From Paragordius varius (lineage: Eukaryota > Animalia > Nematomorpha), in assembly GCA_964247055.1 (NCBI GenBank), contig OZ176051.1, positions 14,632,001 to 14,696,000 on the forward strand: a DNA stretch of 64,000 nt, given 5' to 3'. The position numbers and the translations under genes were made by a program. Under the pieces are notes generated by a model that was given only the letters and a program-made list of their open reading frames with translations, made no database searches and was not told the origin of the DNA. Positions 25,020 through 38,800 of this stretch are shown here, piece by piece (positions within the stretch are counted from its first letter, which is position 1; the number at the start of each line of letters is the position of its first letter).

Positions 25020-25660
25020 GAGGACATTTGTCTTGAGATATCAAACAGGTCTCTTAGGCTGCTGGAAATGCCATCTCCAAATCGAATGCCGTTTCATTTA
25101 ATATAAAAATTCGTCGTGAACAAAGTTATAATGATTTGAGAAATTATCCTATCTAAATTGTAATTTATCCAAACTAACACAATAACAGAAGATAATAACG
25201 ATAAAATTATGCGAGATATTTCTAATAATGTTGGTGGGATATATTTTTGGATGCACCAGGGGGGACCGGTAAAACATTTCTTTTGAACCTTATAATGGCA
25301 ACTGTCAGAAGTAAAAAAAATAGCTTTGACTATGGCTTCTTCTGAGATAGCTGCTACCTTACCCAGTGAAGGACGGCTCATTCTGCTTTGGAATCACTAA
25401 ATAGCGTCAAGAAGATATTATGTGCAATGTCTCAAAATCATGACATGGGAAAGGTTTTGCAACAATGTAAAATCATTGTATGAGATGAAGGTAAAATGGT
25501 GTATAAAAAATCACTCAGGCCCGCAATCAATTATTACAAGCTTTCCGCGGCTGGAGGGAGATTTTAAGATTGTTTTAGTATCACTCTCCGGAGATTTTAG
25601 ACAAACATTTCTGTTATTCCTCGATCTACCCAGCTGACCAAATAAATTCGTGCCTTAAAA
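25020..25660 (+). pseudogene. Helitron RepHel PIF1-like helicase fragment
   Basis: EDICLEISNRSLRLLEMPSPNR (25020), Walker A LDAPGGTGKTFLLNLI (~25246), ASSEIAATL..GR..HSAL and LSGDFRQT (~25584); multiple frameshifts. Confidence 0.9.
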
Positions 25661-27468
25661 AATTTTTAACCTGGTACAATTTCAGTTATATATTGCATTT
25701 GGTATCATTATAAAGTGTCGAAAACACACTATAATACAGTAATATATATGGTAAAAAACAAGAAAAGCTAGCAATAAACAGTTTTTCCCCTCATATTTTA
25801 ATATGTATATATTTATAATTAAAAATACCTATTTTTTATACCATAAGGTTATATTATTGAAAATAAATCCGTGTTTCAGAAACCTTTAACTGTTTTATTG
25901 TTTTTAGGCCAAACGAATATATATTTTTACAGTATCCATTTGTACATCAAAATGGTTGTTTTTTTTATTTATTTTTTTCTGCTTATGTTTAATTACCTAT
26001 CTATTGTGATTGATAAAACTAGTAAGGTTTAATATTCTCATAATAATATAATATAAATAATAATAACTCTTTCTATAATTTATATATGGTGTATTCAACA
26101 ATAAATGAAAAAATAAAATAACCCAATAATTTTATTGAGTGGTAAACACACTAAAAAAGGAAATAGAGGTCTAACATACTCCATAACAGCTCTTAATCTT
26201 GTGTTTCTATTACGATTTCTCTGAAAAAAAAATAAATAACATTTCTTACTGATTATTTTTTTAAATAATACTTTCATATAAACATATTAAATCAAACGGT
26301 AATTTACCGATCTGTTATCCAAATCTATGTTTAGGTTAAAGGTTACTGTACTTTTCAAAAAAACCACCACTTATTAATCAGAAGAAATTAATACTATAAA
26401 ATAATCGTTTATACTGTTTGATTGGTTGCCTCAAAATATTTTGCTACGATAAGATAAATAATCTAAAATAAATTTTCATTTTCAATATAAATATTTGAGC
26501 TTTATAAAAAAAATTTAAACATTTTTCATTTCTTTTTGTGTGAAACTATTATTTTATTTATCATTTTCCTGAAAGATATGGTAATGATTATGTCAACGGC
26601 TGGTCTCTTAATCCTTCTGGCACTCTACGGTTAGCATTTTTCGTAAATTTTTACAAAAAATTATGATTGTTTTATATATTTTTCCTGAAAAATAATATGT
26701 TGAATCTAACGTGACTATGATTATCATTAAGTAAAGTTATTTTTGGCCATCTTGGTCGTTACCGAAAGGAAATTTATATTTACATGTTCGTTAGTATGTA
26801 TTAATTTGTGATTTTTTTACATTAAAATACAGTAGGCACATTGATTTGGTTGATTAAAATTATTTTATAATTTAATGGGTTAGTTTTTATTCAATCCTCT
26901 ATAGATGCAGAATCGAATGTCGAAATTAACCATTTAATTCAATTAACATAATGAGATTCAATCATGTTAGTTCGATCGGCGATATTAGATTGGATACATA
27001 AATAAATTATTTTTAAATATTATGGCCATTGATGTTAATGATAAGAAAACGTTTACATCTAATATTTTTACTATACAAATAACTTTTAATTTTATTACAA
27101 ACTAGATTAAACATCATGTTACTACTTATATTACAGTAACGATGGCTAATTTTCACTTTGAGTTTTTTACAGTAAAAATGAATTTATACAGACAAAATAA
27201 TATTTTTTTAGGACTGCCATACATCTTCAAAACTTTAGTTAATTATAATTCATTTTTTTGAATTACAAAATAAAGCATGCAGATGCAACTTAATACATTA
27301 AATTATGTTAATTAAAATTTTAAATAAATAGTTTATGTGGGAAAAATTGATTTAAAATTTGTCCTTTCATAATTATTTGTCTGTTAGTTTTTATGTTTTG
27401 TCCGTGTAATTCCCCTTTTTATTTTTATTAGCTAAAAAGGATTTAATTTACAAGTCTGTATCTATGTA

Positions 27469-27699
27469 CAGTAATGTATCCTTTATTTTATCAAGAATTT
27501 ATTTTCTTTCGTTAAAGGGGTATAAATATTTGGTAAAGAAGAATGAAAAAACAAGAGCTCTATGGTAATTTATATACTTTTTTGATGAATATAATTTTGT
27601 TTATACCATAGAGCTCTTGTTTTTTCCATTCTTTAACAAATATTTATACCCATTTAACGAAAGAAAATAAATTTTTTATAAATTAAGGATACATGACTG
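27469..27699. mobile_element. Tc1/mariner-type fold-back MITE (near-perfect hairpin)
   Basis: TA|CAGT...ACTG|TA ends; ~100-bp inverted arms (27469-27569 / ~27605-27699) around a short spacer. Confidence 0.8.
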
Positions 27700-27767
27700 T
27701 ATAAGGATTTTCGTTTTGTATCAGTTACATTTTGAAAATTGGGGATAAAAAATACAGTGTTTAATCA

Positions 27768-30340
27768 CAGTATGTGTATTAATGTTTGCTTATTTTACAC
27801 GATAGTTGGCAATATGCTATACAGTAGTGCGTGGAAAGAAACAACAGAATATTGAATAAAATAAACAAAGTAATGTAAAAAATGCAAGTTGTGTTTATTC
27901 AACATTTCGTTGTTGACCAACTATAGGATGACTAGACAAATATGAGAAGGGGGGGTACAAACAAAATTTTTATACAAAAAATTTATTGTAATATTTATTT
28001 ATTTTTAACACAAATACATTATAAATATAAAAAAATATTTTATACCTTGGTATATTTTTTATTTGAGTGAATGCGTTTTAGCAGATTGTCATCATTTTTT
28101 AGAATATTGTAGAAGTCTTCACAAGAATTTGTCAAATTATATTTGACAGATAAAATGGCCTTTAAAGTTTCAACATTTAAATTTGATTTTTCCGATGTCC
28201 ACACCTGATTTACTGTGGAAAAAACGCGCTCAGTAGCAGCGTTTCCAGGTAAAGATAGTGCAAATTCCACAATTTTTAAATATTATTGTATGGAACATAG
28301 TTTGTTTCAAAATGATGAAATATTTCTAACCATTTCTTTTCTACTGTATTTTTTGTCGTCCATAATGTAAGTTTGTCATTATTAATATATTTAACTAATG
28401 ATACTTCAGAAAAATATCATTTTCTGAAAAATTACTTTTTGGGAATTTTCGGGAGATGCAGATGTAATCAAATGATTTTTGAATATCGCCCCAATTAAAT
28501 TATGGTTATGATGTTTTCCAATGAAAATGATCGATTTCATTGAATCGCACCGTCTCTTCCAAATAATCTTTACAATTTGTATAAAACATTTTTATATGGT
28601 ACAGGATATCTTTGCGATTTATTAAGCCTTGTTTATCTAAATAGTTATAATATTGCGGATGGTTAATGGTATAAATTTTTTTCTAACCTTTCTTGACATT
28701 AGAATTTTAGGTTACTAAATTCATTGGCTACTTCGATTGCCGAAATTTTGTCACCTTTTACCAATTCAATAACATTTTGAAGAGAGAAGCTTGATTATGT
28801 AGGAATTTTAATTCAAGAATCACTTTCAAAAAACATTTCCAAAGTTGTAGGACATTTGTCCTAAGATAAGAAATAGGATTTTAAAGGATCATACATTTTT
28901 AAAATTCTTTCGATAGCTGGCATAAAAGCTAACCAACGAGTTTTACAATATCTAAGCATTTTTTTATATTGAACTTCTGCATTTTCACAGAATTCTTTAA
29001 GCGTTTCAACACGTACCGTGTATATATAAAAATAATAATATATTTTAACAACTACATTTTCCACATCTAGGGGTAACAAATCAGCAGCTGATTGAATATC
29101 GTTGTGTATTATATGCGCTGCACATCCAACGCCAATAATGTTTTGATTAAGATTATCTGCTAATTTATGAAAATATTTTTTGTTCCCTTCCTTGTTTTTC
29201 CACCGAAGTTCGTATTGGTGTTGTCAGCGCAATATGCGATGATTTTGTCTTTTAAATTATTTTTAGAATATTCATTATTGAAGTAAAAAAAATGTCGGAA
29301 TTTCGCCGGGTAAAGAATTAAAATCTAAAATTTTAGTCCGGTTTCTGGATCAAAATATCATATTAAAGTGGGAAATAATTTTGTTTCCTTGTGATCTGAT
29401 GCATCAGAGTATAGCGATATGAAATTAATTTTCAGAAAATTTTGTATTTCAGAAAATGCATGTGGCGAAAGGACATTGCATACAGTGGCTTCAGCTTTGT
29501 ACGGGGACATGTTAATTTTTTATTGAATAAGGTACGAATAACTTGTGAGGTACAATCCATAGATCTAAAGGGTTGATTATGATTAACGACGTGAAAGGAT
29601 ATTACGCCTTCGGCTAGTGCCAAATTCTTTTCTTCCTCTCAAGCGGTTTTTAGATAAAAATCGCTCATTTTGTAAGATGATGCCGCCTCTAAACATTGTT
29701 TATGTTTTGTGTTTTCATAAGCTTTGTTATATCAAGCTTGCCGCCATGTGCTAGGGTTAATTCCCCTTCGCATAGAAAACATTTAACAAATGATTCATTC
29801 TTTGTTTTTTTTGATAAAAGATTCATTCATTAATTCAACGTAATTTACAACCTCTTTTTGTAGTCATATTTTTAAACTAATTTTAGTATAAAAAAATATT
29901 ATATGGCCTTAATTTGGGATAACTTATAAGCTACCGATTTGTTGTATTAATTTGTCTTTTTGATAACGTTAGCAGGTAATATAGCTTAAATATTAATATA
30001 AAAATATATTTTATTACCTTTATTTTTTGGAGTAAACGTATAAGTTACCGATTTGTGGTATTAATTTGTCTTTTTGATAATGTTGGCAGTAGGAGTAGGA
30101 AGCAAAGTGTATAGTCATATGATATAAATTCGAAAAAATTAAATATTTTTAAATTAAAAATAAAAAATTGTAATTTAAAATTGATATAGATTTTAAAGAC
30201 AACTAATATAAAATTAAACGAATAAAAAAAAATTTTTTTTATAAAAATTTAATTTTATATAATCGTGAAAAAGCGCGACATTTCAAAAATGTAGCGGGAC
30301 CGGTCACCCTAACCAACTAGCAACCATTAAATGCAGACTG
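27768..30340. mobile_element. Short Tc1-type MITE (family B) split by the hAT insertion at 27924-30311
   Basis: The left end cagtatgtgtattaatgtttgcttattttacac and right end gcaaccattaaatgcagactg match intact copies at 44865, 53010 and 57917. Confidence 0.6.
27924..30311 (-). mobile_element. Decayed hAT transposon (TAGGGTGACC-type TIR)
   Basis: TIRs taggatgact / ggtcacccta; 8-bp TSD ACCAACTA (27916-27923, 30312-30319); transposase fragments at 29623-29432 (CPRTK), 29079-28861 (CKTRWLAFMPAIERIL) and 28270-28040 (LPGNAATERVFS...LKAIL, dimerisation domain). Confidence 0.9.
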
Positions 30341-30556
30341 TAATGTATAAAAAAACTTATATGGCAACAGACATATAAATTAATATCCATTTTGTCATTT
30401 AAAAATCTAAAATGACCTGTAATAGTTTTCGTTACTGTATTTGCCCCACAATGATATTATTTTGCTCCCTTAACATAGTTTTAAAAGTTTAAAATAAAAT
30501 GTTCCACATTATCATATATACTAGTTATAATAATTTTCATTTTATTACATACATCA

Positions 30557-30785
30557 CTTTTCAACCAAAAGCAATTTTTAAACCAAGCGCAAATTTTTTA
30601 ATCAAAGACAAAAATTTTCTAGCAAAAGCAACATTTTTCAGTCAAACGCAACATAAGCAAAATCAACATTTTTTTATTTGTCCTTGCAATGCATTTGCTT
30701 GAAAAATGTTGTTTATGCTTGAAAAATTTTGCGTTTGGTTGAATTAATATGCTGCTTTTGCTTGAAAAAATGTTGCTTTTGACCA
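30557..30785. repeat. Inverted minisatellite (fold-back-like)
   Basis: A ~20-bp unit like caagcaaaagcaacattttt is repeated on the left and in reverse complement (aaaaatgttgcttttg) on the right of a centre near 30690. Confidence 0.6.
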
Positions 30786-31354
30786 AAAAATACACTTAGC
30801 ACTGGAATGTTCTATAATATCAAATATTAGAGTTTTAGTAATTTTAATTTTATTACAAAAGTAGTTACATTGTCACGAGTGATAAGGCATTTGTGTTTTT
30901 TTAATATTAAAAGGATAATTTTACATTTTAATATCGGTGAATAACCAATAATTTTTTGGGTTTTTTCGCATATTAAAAACATAAAAACATTGACTATGCT
31001 TCTTAACGGCGTCTTTTTTATTAAATAAAAAATAAGTTTAATTTACTTCATTTAATGTGGTTCAGGTGAGCATTTTAAATAAATCAATCCATATATAATC
31101 ATAAACAAATAAATTTATGATTTAAATAACACGGTAAAAGCGTAAAAATATAGTTATATCAATGTTGAGATATTTTATTATTCCTAACCGCAATATTATA
31201 AACGTAAGAAAAGAATCAAATTTTAAGAGGGATAGATAGCATTTAATATGAACCATGAAACAATAAATTATGATTATAATAAAATTTACGTTATTTCAAA
31301 ATTTATAGATATTTACAATAATAAAACTTTGGTATTCGTTTCCCATTTCTACAG

Positions 31355-31831
31355 TAAATCTTTTGTGTTTAGGTGGATTGGTACCAGTTATACATCCATC
31401 TAGATTACAACATAATCTTGGCAGTGCATTCTACAATGATAAACCTTTTAGATTACAACATAATCTTGGCAGTGCAATCTACAAAGATAAACCTATAGAT
31501 GAAGAAAATGAGCCCAAACAAGATAGTCCTGACCCCCACATCCTGGCTCAACTAGTTAATGTGACACGGCGAACGGATATCATTACTGATGGGTCCGATG
31601 ATATATGTTACAATTTTTACATTCATGCTTGCGCTAATTACAAAGGCTGGAGAGATATATTTTTTGAAAAACACATATTTCCAGACAAACATGGAACTCT
31701 CAATGCATTTGAAGAAGCATCGACGCTGGTTATGGAACGAATGTTTAACTTGATTATGGAAATGAGAGGTTGTTTTGCAAACCTTTGTATAACTATAATT
31801 ATTTACTACTTTAACTCAAACGTAATAAGGC

Positions 31832-31866
<35 letters not shown>

Positions 31867-32756
31867 ATAGTTTAATAAAATAGATTAAATCATATTTTGA
31901 TATATAGAACCTATGACTCACCCTACAAGTAAAAAACCGTTAAATGATAATATGCATAAAAGCCTTTTGGATTTAGCAAGGACATATCAGAATCAATGTG
32001 TGGCTTTAGGTAAAGAAAACTATGAAAACCTATCGACCCCGTCTTCCATAGATATCGATTTAATCGATTATTTAAAACACTTTTTTGTTCATGATTACAT
32101 TAAAACAGAAAGAGTTAAACCTTCAATGATTCAACAAATGCAATCATATGGGGGTTACAATAATCCATATTATCGAAGATCCCGATCTACTGGATCAGGA
32201 GAAAGTTTAATTGATACACCAAAGGAATCATCATCATCATCATCAAATTTGGCACGTGTACCTCAGCAAGCTGCACCATTTCGGTACGCTAATCGTCCAC
32301 AACAAGAACCACCAACCTCTACTCAGCAGTGTCTACATACAGAAGTAATTGTGAATAGATATTCGTATGGACTCTCCTTTAATCTCGATAGCAAATGGGT
32401 CCAACACGATTTGCAACTTATATATTGGCTACACTTTGATGTGAGCTGTGATGCCTTGTTCCGGGTATCAACGACAACTCCTGCTACATCCCTCCCGTCA
32501 AATGGAATAAATGTTAAATCTTTACGAATAATCAAACCATTCAAATTGTTTCATAAACGTTATCCAATGCCTTTAGCCAGTAACAGTCATATTGCCTACC
32601 ATGTATTAGGGATACCAAAGAACGACTGTTTACTGCTAGATAGATTGAGAGATTTTGAACTGAAATTGGTATGCAATTTATCTTAAATTTGTTTAAAAGT
32701 ATAATGTGACAAAATAACTTGATATGTTATAGATCCAATTTTTTCAAAAATATAAG

Positions 32757-32800
<44 letters not shown>

Positions 32801-35800
32801 ATTTTTGAAAACAAATAGACTAGTTTCGGTTCTCAATAAGGAATTCCGTTGTTAATAAAAGAATTTAAAAATATTTAGTAACTAATAAAGAATGTGTATA
32901 TACACGCTTACTTTCACAGATAAACTGGATTTATTTTGGTTTTGAAAAATTTTATTTTTGATAAACTAAATTAATTAGCAACTCTTTGTATTTATTAAAT
33001 TATGTAGAATTTCGCCGAACACACAGAAACAATTAAAATTGGACAAATGAAAAAATCTTGGGTAAGATTATATATATATATATAACATTTTGCAATAAAG
33101 AAGATCATAAAAAAGGGTTTGGGTAATGTATAGCACATCGATAGATGACAACTTCAATGTGACAAATATTCAAATTCTTGATCCGGTTAAAATACTAAAA
33201 AATATTTTAATTTTTATGTGGCAATTTTCGCACATTAGCTTGTATAAAAATTTTAATTACAAAACACAATTATCTGCTAAAAGATTTTTTTAGCACAATA
33301 ATATCCCATACAAGTATACAGTAAAAATTTAAATTATATAGTTAAAATGTAAAAGCATAAAGACAAATATTTTTTTTGAAAGACAACCAAAATTTTTTTA
33401 AACATTAATTATATGTAATTACAATTGTAAAATATATAATTGTTCTACCAATTTACAACTCAACATATTTTAGATTTTACGTTTTGTTGTAACATTTAAA
33501 TTTTTATGTACTTTGGAGAATTGAATTCACATTGATTGAAACTAATCGTACTTTAGTGCGAAACTCCAACCATAAAAATAGCGATATTTATTAATATTTA
33601 TTTAATACCGTCGAATTGACCGCGTTAATTAAGAATATGGGTAAATAAAAGTTTTCTCCTACATCGATTTGTAAGAAAATTAAAATAACAGGCAGGTATT
33701 TATTTTAAAAAGTATACAATAATTAGTCAGAATGCATATCTCTAGAAATATGTTAGGTTTATTGGCTTAAGATATTTTTTCAACAAAATATTTGGTTTTC
33801 TTTTTACATAATTAGTCATATCAAACATATTAGCGCATCATCGCTATTTCAATTTGTTTTTACCAATTCAATCACATTGTAACTCTTTTAACACTTGGAT
33901 ACAACGCATTCATTTGGGTTCTTAGATCTTAATTGGGTTAGTTAGATACCCCAGGCCTTAAAATATAAATATTTTAAAAAATATGGAATAAATTAAAACT
34001 CTGGCAAAAGTTTGCACCTATATAACATTAATGAACCGAAATATAATAAAATAATATTCTAAAATACTTGATATTAGTTTTCAAGGGTTAAACCGAAAGC
34101 TAAAATTTGTCCAATATGACATGTGTGCATAAGCAAAAAAAAATGCAAAATATACCATTTTTCTGTTTATATCAATGTTAAATGTGATTTTAATAAATAA
34201 ACTTAGGCTTAGAATGAAATAAACACGATATTTTGCAAAAATGTTGTAATATAGCATGGCGTCCAAGTAGTTTAAGACGGAAATTTTTTTCAAAACTAAA
34301 TTTTACTTGGATATTTTGGGTTATTTATATAATTATCAGGATTGAAGCATAAATTTTAATTGGAATATAGTTTTATAAAAATATCAATTAAAATATTGTC
34401 TAGGGTTAGATACCCCAATTTTAATCGAAGTGTAACACAATATGAATAATTATACTGTTAGTTTTTTATTGAATTGCCAGATGATCTATGCAAGAGCATT
34501 ACAACAGCAGTTAAAGGCAAAAAATTAACTATAGGCCAATTATATTGCCTTGCTTCATTAGCTATATGGCAATAATCAATAAAAAACTTGCAATACTTAC
34601 TCACTAAACCTTATTATTATATCGGTTTATGACTTATATGATACATACATTTTAGCTTTATTTTTTTATGCAACCCGATTGCGAAAAAAATGCTTTTTTG
34701 GATAGCTCACAAAAAAACTCAAAAAATTTAAGTATCTTAGCGCATTCAACATTCCGATATTCGTAATACCATGTCTTTATAATTATTTGTATAATTATAC
34801 ATATTGTAACAAATTTTGGTTTCCTTTCGTTTTAAAAGAGAAACTCCGTTTTTTTAATAAGAAAGAATCATTGGTCTGCAGAATTTTGCCTAAAATTTTG
34901 GAAAACGTTTAAATAAAAGCTTAAGCTATCATATTATTTATACCACCGATGCATAAAAGATTACAGTAATTGTTAAAATTTAATATTAGGAATATTTTTT
35001 TTAATCCATGTGGCATTTTTTTATCCTTTTAAAAATTGTTTTACAAGCATATAAAAAATAACATACATATATATTTAAATGTACATACATGTCCATTTTA
35101 GATACACATATATGAGAGATATAATAACATTGCAATATGTTCCCCTTCTCGCTACATATTTTATTAGAGAAATGGTAACATTGCATATGTGTTGTGCCTA
35201 CTTCATTAAATATTAAGGTTTGATATAACATTTTCTATAAAATTAGGTATTAATCAGTATGTTATGTGTTGTGCATACTTTGATTATTAATTTATAAGTT
35301 TGATATATAATTTTTTATAAATAAGTTTTTACCATTTTTTTAAAAAGATATTTAGAATTAATGTATATTTTTTTGAAGAAGATAGTATAGATTAATGTGA
35401 CCAGATAGGCTGTTTTTCGCAGTACAGTACTGGATTTTCAGAAAAAAGCTTCGACTTTACTGCGCCCACTTTCGTACTGCTTTTTGATATTAAAAAAAAT
35501 AATTAATTATGAATATATATTAATTACCTTTTATTTATTCAAACAAATTATTTTAGAATTTGATATATTCCCTTTGTAAATATAAACCCATAATTTGTAA
35601 AGAAATGGTTAATTTCGCGGTAAAAAAATAAGATTGGCCTATTTTTAATTGGTTAATATTTTATTTTCTGCTCGAATTCTACATAAAGTTGGATTTTGGA
35701 TCGGCCAAACCGCTTATTATTGCAGTGCGCGGCGAAGCTATAAATCTCAGACTCCACTCTAGGTTCCAGGCTTATGGCTTTCTCACTCAGGGCCCCAGCA

Positions 35801-38800
35801 AAAAGTGATGCCTCAAAATTTAAGATTAACAAAATCAATTTATGATATTTTAATAAATGTTTGATCAACTTTAGAAAGTTCATTTTTCGATATAATTCTC
35901 AAACGGAAAATTAAAAGAAAACTGTTATTCCCGTAGCTATTATTTAAATTTTATTATATATGGCGAAATCAACATTTATGTAAAAATTACGAGTTTTTTT
36001 TACTCATTAGGTGGGAGGTATGATATTTCTTAATTTTTTTCCTAAAGTTTAGTTTTTATGTGTTTTCTTATTTTTTGCATAAACAAACTTGAGATATTTT
36101 GTTAAAACTTATTTCAAACTAGTTTGAAGCATGATGGAATCGGTATAACGCTTTAAGATATAATAAAACCCTTTTTCTAAATAATTCTATTTTGCTGAAC
36201 ATTACTATAGGTTGAAAATTTAATTAAAAGGTTTATTTGCTCGCAAATTTGGGTTTTTTGTAAAAAAACAAATTTTTATTTAACATAAATTTAAAAACGA
36301 ACGAATATTTTAATCCAAATTCTAAGAAAAATGTTTAGCATTATCGAATTTATATAAATGGTATAACATATCAACTGTTATATCGTTTCCATCATGCTCA
36401 AATAGTATGAAGTATGCTTCCACATAATTTTGCTAAAAATTAAATTTTGAAAGTATGCAATTAAAAAAAATATATTTAGTTGATATCAAAATCTATATAT
36501 AAAATTATTGCAAAATGTCGGAATTTTTGCGTTTATTTTAAGAGACCAGTTTATTTTAAAAAACCCCCAAAAATTGGGACTTTCAGAGCCCACATCTAAA
36601 AATTTAAACCAAAAGCACCATGATAATCTTGATATTCCTATCAAAATATATATGTATTTTATTTGGGTATTTTTTGTGGAAACTGTGTAATATACTACAC
36701 CGATTATGTAAAAACAGGCAAAGTATGTTTTAATTGTGTACTGCGTCAAAGTTCAAAATATCTGGTCACATTAGTATAGATGAAAGTTTGCCATCAACAT
36801 CAGATTCAAGCTATGGGAACACATTAATAACCCAGATTCCAGAGATCCTTCTAGATGCCAGGAAAGTGATTTCGCCGGAGGATTTTATAGTGTTGGATAA
36901 CGCTCCGATACACCTGCGAAATTCATTTAAAAGAGATATTTGTTATTTATGCCGCCATACAGCCCCCAATTAAACCCAATCGAAACTTTTGCCAAAAACA
37001 AATAAAGACAGGAAAGATGCCATTATAACAATGTGCAAGAATTGATTAAAAACTTAACTCAAATTCTTGAAAATATTCAATTCATCCTTTTAAATATTAT
37101 GAGCACACCATTTGTAAAAAATATTTGCATAAATAAATTACCACTTGAACCAGAAAATAATTATAAATAAATTACCATAATTTTAGGTGAAATATAATGT
37201 TTTTATAAAAAAGTAAGCAAAATCAAATCAATATTTAAATTTGTATGATACAAGTTTTATCACATAAGCGATTTATATGTTAATTTCAAATATATTTTTT
37301 TATAGTCTTATATGGTATCAGTTATGATTTTCTGAAATATTTTTTAATTAATTGATAAAAACTTAATTTTATAAAAAAAATTATATATAAAACCTAAAAA
37401 ATTATTTAATGATGTAGGCATATGCAATGTTACCATTTCTCTAATAAGATATGTAGCGAGAAGGGGAACATATTGCAATGTTAATATATCTCTCATAAAT
37501 GTGTAACGAAAAGGGACATGTTTGTACATTTAAATATATATGTATATGTTATTTTTATATGCTTGTAAAACAACTTTTAAAAGGATAAAAAAATGCCCCA
37601 TGGATTAAAATAAATATTCCTAATATTAAATTTTAACTATTCTGTATCCTAATACATTATTCAAAGCTATTACAGTAAATGTTAATTTTTAATATCAAGA
37701 ATTTTTTTTTAATCCATGTGGCATTTTTTTATCCTTTTAAAAGTTGTTTTACAAGCATATAAAGATAACATATACATATATATTTAAATGTACAAACATG
37801 TCCCTTTTCGTTACACATTTATGAGAGATATATTAACATTGCAATATGTTCCCCTTCTCGCTACATATCTCATTATAGAAATGGTAACATTGCATATGTG
37901 TTGTGCCTACTTCATTAAATAATTTTTTAGGTTTTATATATAATTTTTTTATAAAAAATTAAGTTTTTAATAATTAATTAAAAAATATTTCAGAAAAGAC
38001 TATAAAAAAATATATTTGAAATTAACATATAAATCGCTTATGTGCGTAATAAAACTTGTATTATACAAATTTAAATATTAATTTGATTTTGCTGACTTTT
38101 TTGAAAACACTATATGACACAAAATTAGTTAAACTAAGAAATGTCACGAAAAAAGGTAAAATAATACCATTTATAATTAATTATTTTACAAGTGGTAATT
38201 TATTTAAGCAAATATTTTTGACAATTTTTTTGGTGTGCTCATAATACTTAAAAAAATGAATGTGCTGAATATTTTCAAGAATTTGAGTTAAATTTTCAAT
38301 CAATTCTTCCACATTGAAATGGCATCTTTCCTGCCTTTTTTTGATCTCTGGAGTCTGGGTTAATATGCCATATGAATCTAATGTTGATGGCAAACTTTCA
38401 TCTATACTATCTTCTTCACAAAAACTATACATAAATTTCTTTTTGACAAAATAATAAAAACTTAATATTTTTTATAAAAAAAATATATAAACTTATAAAT
38501 TAAAAATCAAAGTATGCACAACACATGACATACTGATTAATACCTAATTTTATAAAAAATGTTATATCAAACCTAAATATTTATCAAAGTAGGCAAAACA
38601 CATATGCAATGTTACCATTTCTCAAATAAGAAATGTAGCGAGAGAGGAACATATTGCAATGTTAATATATCTCTCATAAATGTGTACCGAAAAGGGACAT
38701 GTAAGTACATTTAAATATATATGTAAGTGTTATTTTTTATATGCTTGTAAAACAACTTTTAAAAGGATAAACAAATGGCACATGGATTAAAAAAAAAATT

